A stretch of 64,000 nucleotides of DNA from an uncultured candidatus Porisulfidus sp. (lineage in GTDB: Bacteria; Pseudomonadota; Gammaproteobacteria; Poriferisulfidales; Oxydemutatoraceae): the NCBI GenBank assembly GCA_965215125.1, contig OZ244052.1:1696001-1760000 (forward strand), read 5' to 3'. The position numbers and the translations under genes were made by a program. This document shows, piece after piece, positions 48,026 to 56,457 of this stretch (its first letter is position 1; each line of letters starts with the position of its first letter). The notes below the pieces were generated by a model. It did not search any database and had not been told where the DNA came from. It saw nothing but the letters and a program-made list of their open reading frames with translations.

Positions 48026-49960
48026 ATGATCGTAGAATTAGGACATTTTTTATTGGTGCTTGCGTTGAGCGTTTCCTTACTGCAAGGTGTCGCCGGTTTG
48101 GCGGGTGCGCAATTCAATCGTGTTGCACTGATGGCGGTTGCCCGCCCGGCGAGCTATGCCTTATTCGCGTTATTACTGCTGTCGTATCTCGCACTGAGTT
48201 ACGCCTTTGCGACCGACGATTTTTCGGTGCTTTATGTTGCCGCTCACTCCAATACGAGTTTGCCTGTCTACTATAAGTTATCTGCTGTTTGGGGTGGACA
48301 CGAAGGTTCTTTATTGTTATGGGCATTTGTATTGGGCGCATGGATACTCGCAGTTGCGTTATTGAGCCGCAAACTTCCCGATACTTTTTCCGTCAGAGTG
48401 TTGGGTGTTATGGGGCTTATTGCCACCGGCTTTTTGCTGTTTATGCTGGCAACCTCCAACCCTTTCGAGCGACTATTTCCGATGCCTGCCGACGGTAGAG
48501 ACTTGAACCCGTTGTTGCAGGACCCCGGCTTGATCATTCATCCACCGATGCTTTATATGGGCTATGTAGGCTTTTCGGTTGCTTTCGCTTTCGCGATTGC
48601 AACATTGCTCGGCGGCAAATTTGATTCGAGTTGGGCACGGTGGTCCAGACCGTGGGTGTTGGCGGCGTGGGTGTTTTTGACGATCGGTATTACACTCGGT
48701 AGCTGGTGGGCTTATCACGAACTCGGATGGGGCGGTTGGTGGTTTTGGGACCCGGTTGAAAATGCGTCTTTTATGCCGTGGTTGGTCGGCACCGCACTCA
48801 TTCATTCGCTTGCCGTAACCGAGAAAAGAAATGCGTTTAGAAGCTGGACTCTGTTGCTTGCGATATTGGCATTTTCGCTGAGTTTGCTGGGTACCTTTTT
48901 AGTGCGCTCCGGTGTGTTGGTATCGGTACATGCATTCGCAAACGACCCGGAGCGAGGTATTTATATATTGGCATTTCTCACCGTCATGATCGGCAGTGCT
49001 TTGCTACTCTATGCGGCACGCAGTCCGCAGATCAAAAGCGGCGGCGTATTCGCGTTGGTTTCACGCGAGCATCTATTATTGATCAATAATGTATTGCTGG
49101 TGGTGGCAATGGCGTGTATTTTGATCGCCACCTTATATCCTTTGGCGATGGATGTATTAGGTCTCGATAAAATATCGGTGGGTGCGCCGTATTTCTCGGC
49201 GGTATTCGTGCCACTGACCTTGCCGTTGGTGTTCTTGGCGGGATTGGGACCCAAAATGCAGTGGAAGCAAGCGAGTCTGAAGCAATTGTGGCAGGCAACA
49301 CGAGGCGTACTCGGTATTGCAATCGTCGTCGGAACAATTTTATTACTTCTGGTCGGCGACCATTTCTCGTTGTTGACCGTGTTGGGCGTTGTCGCCGGAG
49401 TATGGATTATCTTTGCAATGCTCAATACATTGTTTAAGTTGGATAATAACACCTTCTCCGGATCATTCACTCTGAATCGGTTGCGGAGCTTGCCGGCTTC
49501 TTTTTACGGCATGAACATGGCACATATCGGGATGGGAATTTTCGTTTTGGGGGTTACCTTCAGTGGTGCTTATAGCGAGGAGAAAAATGCATTGCTCGGC
49601 GAGGGGGAGACAATCACGATCGCCGGTTATCGTTTTGTATTCAACGGGGTCGGCAACAAAGAAGGTCCGAACTATAGCGCACTGGAGGGCGAACTTGATG
49701 TCTATAAAGACGACGAGCAGGTTGCAACGCTGTATCCGCAAAAACGCGTCTACCGGGTACAGACAAACCCGATGACCGAAGCGGCGATAGATGCAACTTT
49801 ATTAAGAGACCTATATGTTTCGTTGGCGGAACCGGTCGGGGATCGTTTCGGAGTGCGGGTTTATTACAAACCTTTTATACGCTGGATTTGGATCGGTGCA
49901 TTGCTGATGGCACTCGGCGGTTTGTGGTCAATCGGCGATAGACGTTATCGCTCGGACTAA
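48026..49960 (+). CDS. ccmF: Cytochrome c heme lyase subunit
   Basis: WGGHEGSLLLW, HPPMLYMGY, WAY.ELGWGGWWFWDPVENAS and SVHAFA. Confidence 0.96.
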   Translation: MIVELGHFLLVLALSVSLLQGVAGLAGAQFNRVALMAVARPASYALFALLLLSYLALSYAFATDDFSVLYVAAHSNTSLPVYYKLSAVWGGHEGSLLLWAFVLGAWILAVALLSRKLPDTFSVRVLGVMGLIATGFLLFMLATSNPFERLFPMPADGRDLNPLLQDPGLIIHPPMLYMGYVGFSVAFAFAIATLLGGKFDSSWARWSRPWVLAAWVFLTIGITLGSWWAYHELGWGGWWFWDPVENASFMPWLVGTALIHSLAVTEKRNAFRSWTLLLAILAFSLSLLGTFLVRSGVLVSVHAFANDPERGIYILAFLTVMIGSALLLYAARSPQIKSGGVFALVSREHLLLINNVLLVVAMACILIATLYPLAMDVLGLDKISVGAPYFSAVFVPLTLPLVFLAGLGPKMQWKQASLKQLWQATRGVLGIAIVVGTILLLLVGDHFSLLTVLGVVAGVWIIFAMLNTLFKLDNNTFSGSFTLNRLRSLPASFYGMNMAHIGMGIFVLGVTFSGAYSEEKNALLGEGETITIAGYRFVFNGVGNKEGPNYSALEGELDVYKDDEQVATLYPQKRVYRVQTNPMTEAAIDATLLRDLYVSLAEPVGDRFGVRVYYKPFIRWIWIGALLMALGGLWSIGDRRYRSD

Positions 49961-50018
49961 GTAGGGCGCATTACCGACGACACCAATAGGGTTATCTCAA
50001 TAAAGCAATCGCAGCGAA

Positions 50019-50053
50019 ATAGAACCGCCGATTGAGCCAGTAGGTCAATCGGC
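50019..50053 (+). repeat. ATAG-REP hairpin
   Basis: ATAGAACCGCCGATTGAGCCAGTAGGTCAATCGGC, near-identical to 16493-16527. Confidence 0.8.
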
Positions 50054-50130
50054 ATGATATTGCGCAGAACTTTAACGTATTCGGATGAGGGTTCATGTAA
50101 TTGGGAAGTTATTGCCAACTTCCGGCATGC

Positions 50131-50397
50131 TTACTTCAATGAAGTAATCGCAGTAAAAATTATTTCAGATAATCCTAAAAATAATGCGATGCCTACACTC
50201 ACAACCCATACAATCATGGTGTTTTTTGTATCGCTTATTTTTTCTATCAGTTTAGTCTCTTGCTCTGCTAAACCTATTTTCAGGTCTGCCTTAGTTGCCA
50301 TATCTTTTGAATTTGCGACTTCGGATAAGGCTTCCTTTGCTTCCTCCGGATTAGCACCTAATTTTGTCAATACATTGTATAGAGCGATTTCCGATAT
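50131..50397 (-). CDS. Small coiled-coil protein with C-terminal TM segment (DUF1640/CCDC90-like); likely ATA start or start-mutated pseudogene
   Basis: ATKADLK..L.E.E..L coiled coil followed by MIVWVVSVGIALFLG. In-frame ATA at 50397 lies 7 nt after AAGAGG. Confidence 0.55.
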   Translation of the reverse strand: MSEIALYNVLTKLGANPEEAKEALSEVANSKDMATKADLKIGLAEQETKLIEKISDTKNTMIVWVVSVGIALFLGLSEIIFTAITSLK

Positions 50398-50426
50398 TTT
50401 GATTCCTCTTTTGCACCAATACTTAA

Positions 50427-50699
50427 TTAGTTGTTTTTCTTTTTAATGCGCTCTTTGACTTCCATACAGGAAATTATGTATTCGTTAATGGCTTTTCCTG
50501 CATTAGCGAGAATCTTAATTGCAGATCCTATAACAATAACCAGTCCTAATATATAAAGGGGAAGGTTATCAAAGTATAAGCCTAGTAAGGCTACAAACAT
50601 GCCAATACCTCCGAGTGCCAGCACTGCCAATAAATCAATTAAAGTATTACTTTTAGGCACTTCCTGCCGACGTTGCGCAATGTTCAGGTGTGCTTCCAT
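50427..50699 (-). CDS. Hypothetical two-TM small membrane protein
   Basis: ATG at 50699 with GGAGA upstream; two hydrophobic stretches and a basic tail; AT-rich. Confidence 0.55.
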   Translation of the reverse strand: MEAHLNIAQRRQEVPKSNTLIDLLAVLALGGIGMFVALLGLYFDNLPLYILGLVIVIGSAIKILANAGKAINEYIISCMEVKERIKKKNN

Positions 50700-50902
50700 T
50701 ATGTTGTCTCCTACCGAAATTATGCATAATGTAGTGATTATATCATAATCGTTATGCCGGTATGGCAGGATTTTCATCGGTAAATCAAAAGGAATATAGT
50801 AAAATCACACTATATGACGATGAAAAATAAAATTGCCGCTTGCCGTATCCTCAGTTTCTATGACTAAAATTTTTTAAGCGTATTAAAAGTGCTTTAAGAA
50901 CG

Positions 50903-51448
50903 ATGCGATTGATAGTGTTATTGACAGCTTTTTTTGCAATGCTGGTGCTGTTTGCCGTCGGCTTGAAGTTGGATCCTTCGTATGTGCCGTCGCCGTTGGT
51001 CGGTAAAACGATGCCGGCTTTTGCAGCCGAAGATCTGCAACAACCGACGCAGCGTATAGAACAGAGCGACTGGCTGGGACAACCGGCACTGGTTAATATC
51101 TGGGCAAGTTGGTGCGTGGCATGCCTGAACGAACATCCGTTGCTGATGGAATTTTCACGACACGAAGAATTCCCTATCTACGGTATAGGTTATAAGGATA
51201 TCCGCAAAGACGCACTGCAATGGCTGGCACGGCACGGCAATCCCTATGCGATGAGTTTGCACGATATCGACGGGCGCATCGGGATAGATTGGGGTGTGTA
51301 CGGTGTGCCGGAAACTTTTGTGATAGATCACGTCGGTGTTATACACTATAAACATATAGGTCCTATAAACGAGATACTGATGCAAGAAACACTGCTACCT
51401 TTACTGCAAAGATTACGCACCGAGCAATACGATGAAACCACAGGCTAA
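50903..51448 (+). CDS. ccmG: Thiol:disulfide interchange protein CcmG/DsbE
   Basis: PSPLVGK, NIWASWCVACLNEHP and GVYGVPETF. Confidence 0.95.
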   Translation: MRLIVLLTAFFAMLVLFAVGLKLDPSYVPSPLVGKTMPAFAAEDLQQPTQRIEQSDWLGQPALVNIWASWCVACLNEHPLLMEFSRHEEFPIYGIGYKDIRKDALQWLARHGNPYAMSLHDIDGRIGIDWGVYGVPETFVIDHVGVIHYKHIGPINEILMQETLLPLLQRLRTEQYDETTG

Positions 51449-51860
51449 AATCATTTTTCTAGTATTGAATATAATTTTATTGTGGTCTTTGGCGTGTTCT
51501 ATCGCCGTTGCCTTATCGACTACCGGGTTATTACCCGAACAAGAACAACGTTATCATGATTTGCTCAGAGAATTGCGTTGCTTGGTGTGCCAGAATCAAT
51601 CACTCGCCGAGTCCGATGCCGGTTTGGCAGCCGATTTGCGAGACGAGGTAAAGGCGATGATAATGGAAGGAGCCGACGACAACGAGATTTTCAAGTTTAT
51701 GACCGAGCGATACGGCGATTTTGTTTTGTATCAGCCACCGTTCAAGCCACAGAATTATCTATTGTGGGTTGCGCCGTTTCTATTATTGTTGATAGGTCTG
51801 GCGGTATTGATTAGAAATGTTGCGCGGCAAAACCGTGCGATAAAACCCGAGGCCGATTAA
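51432..51860 (+). CDS. ccmH: Cytochrome c biogenesis protein CcmH
   Basis: LRCLVCQNQSLAES and RYGDFVLY.PP. Confidence 0.95.
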   Translation: MKPQAKIIFLVLNIILLWSLACSIAVALSTTGLLPEQEQRYHDLLRELRCLVCQNQSLAESDAGLAADLRDEVKAMIMEGADDNEIFKFMTERYGDFVLYQPPFKPQNYLLWVAPFLLLLIGLAVLIRNVARQNRAIKPEAD

Positions 51861-52963
51861 TGCTGGTATTCTGGGGTGTTGCGGCACTAACATGGCTATT
51901 GCTGTTGCTTGTTTTGTTGAAGCCGTTGCTTAAACGGCACGGTGCGAACCAACCGCATCAGCCGAGTGCCTACAAAAAGCGTCTGCTTGTCTCGGTAGCG
52001 ACGGCAGTTTTTATCGTGGTTTCCAGTGCCTCGCTTTATGTATATTGGTCAAACGGCTATTCGCTACTCATCGCCTCATCCGATAGAGAGAGCAATATGG
52101 TGGAATTGACCGAACAGCTGGCTCGGCAATTGGAACAATCTCCGGATAATCCGCAAGGCTGGTTATTACTTGCCAATTCGTACACCGCACTGGGAGAATA
52201 CGATAAAGCCGTGACTGCTTATCGGCAGGCGGAACGTTATACCGAACTCGAAGCGTGGATGCAGATCGCTTATGCAGAAGCACTGCTTGTTAGCCAAGGT
52301 TCTTTGAACGCCAAAGCCAAAGACTTGTTGGAGGTAGCCGTAGCGAGTAGCCCCGATGACCCGCAAGGTTTATTTTTGATAGGGCTTGCTCATTTAGAGC
52401 GAACAGATTATTTGCAAACTATTTCTTATTGGGAACGTTTGCTGGCATTATTGGAAGCCGACGACCCTTTAGCGAATGCGGTGGAGGAGAAGCTCGTCGA
52501 AGTCAGAACATTAGCCGCCGAAATGCCCGAGACGAGTCGCGACGAACCGCAGCAAGATACATCGGATAAACAAGCCGAAGACTCGGAGGCGAGACAATCT
52601 ACATCCGAGGAAGTGCCCTGTTTTATACGCATCGGTGTTAGCTTGGATGCCGAACTTTATTCAAAAATATCGCCACAAGACACATTATTCGTTTATGCCA
52701 AAGCAGCAACGGGGCCGCCGATGCCGCTTGCGATTAAGCAATTTACCGCGGATGCTTTGCCGTTGGAGACCTGCTTGGGACCCGAGGATGCGATGATAGA
52801 AGGTATGACCATCAATAGTTTTGATCCGATCCGGATTATTGCACGCATTTCAAAATCGGGCTTGGCAGCCCCGCAACCGGGAGATATGCAAGCCTTAAGC
52901 GAACCGTTGCCGACAAAAAATGGTAGTGTGGTCTCTTTGTCGATTGACGAGATATTGGAATAA
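51860..52963 (+). CDS. ccmI: Cytochrome c biogenesis TPR protein CcmI/CycH
   Basis: TM segments; TPR-like P.N..GW.LLA..Y; C-terminal LFVYAKA..GPPMPLA...ARISKSG.A..QPGD. Confidence 0.88.
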   Translation: MLVFWGVAALTWLLLLLVLLKPLLKRHGANQPHQPSAYKKRLLVSVATAVFIVVSSASLYVYWSNGYSLLIASSDRESNMVELTEQLARQLEQSPDNPQGWLLLANSYTALGEYDKAVTAYRQAERYTELEAWMQIAYAEALLVSQGSLNAKAKDLLEVAVASSPDDPQGLFLIGLAHLERTDYLQTISYWERLLALLEADDPLANAVEEKLVEVRTLAAEMPETSRDEPQQDTSDKQAEDSEARQSTSEEVPCFIRIGVSLDAELYSKISPQDTLFVYAKAATGPPMPLAIKQFTADALPLETCLGPEDAMIEGMTINSFDPIRIIARISKSGLAAPQPGDMQALSEPLPTKNGSVVSLSIDEILE

Positions 52964-52965
52964 CG

Positions 52966-54207
52966 GTGTCCATAGAATATCTTGTCGGCTGGCGGTATAC
53001 GCGCGGCAAAAAACATAACCATTTCATCTCTTTCGTATCGCTGATATCTATCTTGGGTATTGCCGTCGGGATTACCGTTATTATTACCGTACTCTCGGTA
53101 ATGAACGGATTCAAGGAAGAGATCAGAAATAAGATACTCGATGTGGTTTCGCATAATACCTTGAGCAGTCTGGACGGCACTATCGACGATTGGCAGGCTC
53201 TGCGTCCCGAGCTTGAAAACGAACCCGGTGTTGCTGCGACGGCACCCTTCGTCGAGATGCAAGTGATGCTGATGAAAGGCGATAGGGTCAGAGGGGCTTA
53301 TGCACGCGGGGTCGTACCCGAACTCGAGAAACAAGTATCCAATATAGAGGGTTATCTCAAAGTAGGTGAGATTGAAAGTCTGACACCGGAAGACTATCAC
53401 ATTATTTTAGGACACTCGCTCGCTTTTTCCTTGCGAGCAGAACTCGGCGATAAAATTACCTTGATTAGCCCGCAAGCGGCGGTCACCCCGGCCGGTGTAT
53501 TACCGAGAATGCGGAGCTTCGTCGTGTCGGGGATATTCGATACCGGGTTGTCGGAGTTTGACCGCGGTATCGTATTGTTAAATCTAGAGGACGCAAGCCG
53601 TCTTGCTCGCTTGGACGATAATGTCAACGGTATCCGTCTGCGATTGGACGATCTATTCAAATCCCCCGAACTCAGCAACCGTCTCAACCTGCGCTTGGGT
53701 CCGCAATATTGGGTTACCGATTGGACGCGCAACCACCGTAATTTTTTCAGAGCTCTGGAGATGGAAAAACTGTTATTGTTCCTAATCATGGCACTGATTA
53801 TCGCAGTTGCCGCATTCAATATTATCTCGATGCTGGTCATGGTGGTGATAGAGAAACAATCCGATATTGCCATCTTGAGAACGATGGGAATGCAGCCTAT
53901 TCAAGTCATGAAAGTTTTTATAACCCAAGGCTGCCTAATCGGTTTTATGGGCAACATCGCCGGTATAATCGGTGGGGTACTGCTGGCAAGCTATGTAGAA
54001 GATTTGGTGACCGCGATAGAACGCGCAACGGGGGTCAAGTTTTTGTCGCCGGATGTTTATCCGATTACCGAAGTACCGTCTAAGTTGATAGCCGAGGATG
54101 TTATCGTTGTTGCGGTGCTGACTTTTGTGATGACGGTGTTGTCTACGCTCTATCCGGCGTGGCGTGCGTCGCGCTTGAGGCCGGCGGAAGTTCTAAGAGG
54201 CGGATGA
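52966..54207 (+). CDS. lolE: Lipoprotein-releasing ABC transporter permease (LolC/E/F type)
   Basis: FISFVS..S..GI..G...II.VLSVMNGF, VAAFNI.S.L.M.V.EK..DIAILRT.G and LYPAWRA. Confidence 0.9.
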   Translation: MSIEYLVGWRYTRGKKHNHFISFVSLISILGIAVGITVIITVLSVMNGFKEEIRNKILDVVSHNTLSSLDGTIDDWQALRPELENEPGVAATAPFVEMQVMLMKGDRVRGAYARGVVPELEKQVSNIEGYLKVGEIESLTPEDYHIILGHSLAFSLRAELGDKITLISPQAAVTPAGVLPRMRSFVVSGIFDTGLSEFDRGIVLLNLEDASRLARLDDNVNGIRLRLDDLFKSPELSNRLNLRLGPQYWVTDWTRNHRNFFRALEMEKLLLFLIMALIIAVAAFNIISMLVMVVIEKQSDIAILRTMGMQPIQVMKVFITQGCLIGFMGNIAGIIGGVLLASYVEDLVTAIERATGVKFLSPDVYPITEVPSKLIAEDVIVVAVLTFVMTVLSTLYPAWRASRLRPAEVLRGG

Positions 54208-54896
54208 CGATGAACTCGTTGCTGGAATGTCGGGCGATCACCCGGTATTACGACGATGGCGTGTCGCGTACCGAAGTCCTGAAGGGATTGGATTTAGAAG
54301 TGATGCCGGGTAGTACGCTGGCAATCGTCGGTGTATCGGGTTCCGGTAAAAGTACTCTATTGCATCTATTGGGTGGTTTAGACACGCCGAACGAAGGCGA
54401 TATCACGATTCAAGGACAACGCATCAACACGATGTCGGAGACCGAGCGTAGCCGTTTCAGAAATCGGCATATCGGCTTTATCTATCAGTTTCATCATCTA
54501 CTGGGCGACTTTAATGTGTTGGAAAATGTGGTGATGCCGTTGCTGTTGCGGGGACAATCTTTTGCTAAAGTCGAAAGCCTAGGCGAGCAACTACTTGCCA
54601 AGACCGGTCTCAAAGAACGGGCAAAACACAAACCGTACCAATTATCCGGCGGGGAACGTCAACGGGTTGCTATCTGCAGGGCGATGATAACCCAACCGAG
54701 CATTATTTTGGCGGACGAACCGACCGGGCAGTTGGATAGAAATAGTGCCGAAGCCGTCACTACAGAACTACTCAACTTGAGTGCCGATAACCGAACCGCA
54801 CTGATATTTGCCACCCACGATCAAGATTTGGTGAGTCGCTTACCTGAAGTGTATAGAATTGACGGTGGACTATTGAACCGCCGATTGAACCAGTAG
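54204..54896 (+). CDS. lolD: Lipoprotein-releasing ABC transporter ATPase
   Basis: GVSGSGKSTLLHLLGGLD, GFIYQFHHLL, LSGGERQRVAI and ADEPTG. Start at ATG 54204 or 54210. Confidence 0.92.
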   Translation: MTMNSLLECRAITRYYDDGVSRTEVLKGLDLEVMPGSTLAIVGVSGSGKSTLLHLLGGLDTPNEGDITIQGQRINTMSETERSRFRNRHIGFIYQFHHLLGDFNVLENVVMPLLLRGQSFAKVESLGEQLLAKTGLKERAKHKPYQLSGGERQRVAICRAMITQPSIILADEPTGQLDRNSAEAVTTELLNLSADNRTALIFATHDQDLVSRLPEVYRIDGGLLNRRLNQ

Positions 54897-54914
54897 ATCA
54901 ATCGGTGGTTCTAT
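54875..54914. repeat. REP-derived hairpin between convergent lolD and tonB (possible bidirectional terminator)
   Basis: GAACCGCCGATTGA-ACCAGTAGA-TCAATCGGTGGTTC; contains or overlaps both stop codons. Confidence 0.75.
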
Positions 54915-55516
54915 CGGTCGCGTAGTTCAAACTTAATATGTGCGCTTGATTTGCTTTTGTTGCCAGGCGGATAACGCCATTGAGAGATTGCCGTCAAGGC
55001 GGTTTTTTCAAATATCCGAGGCGGGTCGGATGCGATAACCTTTGGGTTGACGACTTTTCCGTTCATGGTTATTGCAAACTCTATGCTAACCCATCCTTCT
55101 ATACCTCGCGTGATTGCATACATCGGATAGATCGGCTCCACTCTAAATATCGGTTGCAGGTTGATTACGCTAGGGTCTCGGTTCGCCGAAGTATGTCTGG
55201 TGATAGAGAGCGGTTCGGGTTCCGGTGATGTCTCGGTCTTATGCTTTTCGTCTGTCGGTGCCGATTTGTCTCTCTGTTCTTTATAGGTATCGTTGTTAAG
55301 CGATTGCGTCGGAACCGGCACGGAAGGAGCAGCACTAGGGGTCTGTTTATATTCATTTTTATAAATAGGCAAGAAATTTACTGATACGGCGGGGCGATGA
55401 TTTGAGGGATTGTTATAGCGCAATGTTCCTATAAGTTGCCCGACTGCGGCGAACAGCGCATAGCTAATCAGCGATGCTATCGTCAATGCGATAAGCCAGC
55501 GTAGTATTTTATTCAT
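54911..55516 (-). CDS. tonB: Energy transducer TonB
   Basis: N-terminal TM segment, Pro-rich linker, C-terminal P.YP..A..RGIEGWV...F.I...G.V....VI.S.P..IF...A..A...WRY. Confidence 0.88.
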   Translation of the reverse strand: MNKILRWLIALTIASLISYALFAAVGQLIGTLRYNNPSNHRPAVSVNFLPIYKNEYKQTPSAAPSVPVPTQSLNNDTYKEQRDKSAPTDEKHKTETSPEPEPLSITRHTSANRDPSVINLQPIFRVEPIYPMYAITRGIEGWVSIEFAITMNGKVVNPKVIASDPPRIFEKTALTAISQWRYPPGNKSKSSAHIKFELRDR

Positions 55517-55928
55517 CCAACTCGGCGGCAATCGCAATATTTTCTATTCCGGCACGATGAACTTGATCCAGTACTTTCACCAAGCTCGCATTGTCGGAGG
55601 CTTTGTCGGCAAGTATGACGACTGCGCGTTGCGGATTTTCAAGGTGCATTTTTCGTAGCACACCTTGTAATGTTCTAATGTCCATCGCTTGGGTTTTAAT
55701 CCGAATCTCGCCGTAGCGATCGATGCTTATCCGAATAGGATTATCTTCTTGTGGCACTGCCGATTTTGCCTGCAACAGTGAGACTTCAATGCCGGTTTCC
55801 TGAACGAACGAGGCGGTAATGATAAAGAAGATTAAAAGTATGAAAACCACATCCAACATCGGCGTCAAATTGATCTCAACCTCGGCGGATGCAGGTCTAT
55901 AGGCTTTGTTTAGGCGACTCCTAATCAT
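55509..55928 (-). CDS. exbD: Biopolymer transport protein ExbD
   Basis: INLTPMLDVVFILLIFFI.TASF and V.I.AD.......LV.V.D. Confidence 0.92.
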   Translation of the reverse strand: MIRSRLNKAYRPASAEVEINLTPMLDVVFILLIFFIITASFVQETGIEVSLLQAKSAVPQEDNPIRISIDRYGEIRIKTQAMDIRTLQGVLRKMHLENPQRAVVILADKASDNASLVKVLDQVHRAGIENIAIAAELDE

Positions 55929-55932
55929 GGCA

Positions 55933-56457
55933 TCAGATAAATAGGCTGTCCAGACGGGAGATAGCATTGTCCGCTAGACTTCTCAGGTGGCTTGCAAAAA
56001 GCAGTCCCGATAAGCTCACTAAAAGCCCCGTTGTCGTCGGGATGATTGCCAATGCGATGTTACCCGATATTTCTAAGTTCAAATTGGACGCAGCAAGCAG
56101 TTGCATCTCAAACACCGAGATCAAACCGAGTACCGTACCCAATAGTCCGAGTAGTAGGCTTATTCTGGTGAACAACCGTATCCACCCGATGCCTCGCTCG
56201 CTTTGCGAGCGGTATTCCGATAGGTAATAGGATTTGAGTAGCCACCGTTCGCCGACGACCCTGCTACCTGTTATTTGCCATTTTTGTAGGTATCGCGCCT
56301 GTGTATGCTTGTTGACGAAGATGAAATATAAATAACGCTCTATAATCAGCACCCACATGATCAACGCCGAGATTATCAGAACGATGAGTACCTCGGCACG
56401 AATCACCTGGAGTTCGTAAAACGGACTGTAGACAAGGTTCAACCAATGCATTGTCAA
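55933..56457 (-). CDS. exbB: MotA/TolQ/ExbB proton channel protein
   Basis: W.LI.ERY, LLGLLGTV.GLI.VF and I..A.IPT..GL.V.L.G; lies between the TtpC-like gene and exbD. Confidence 0.85.
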   Translation of the reverse strand: MTMHWLNLVYSPFYELQVIRAEVLIVLIISALIMWVLIIERYLYFIFVNKHTQARYLQKWQITGSRVVGERWLLKSYYLSEYRSQSERGIGWIRLFTRISLLLGLLGTVLGLISVFEMQLLAASNLNLEISGNIALAIIPTTTGLLVSLSGLLFASHLRSLADNAISRLDSLFI

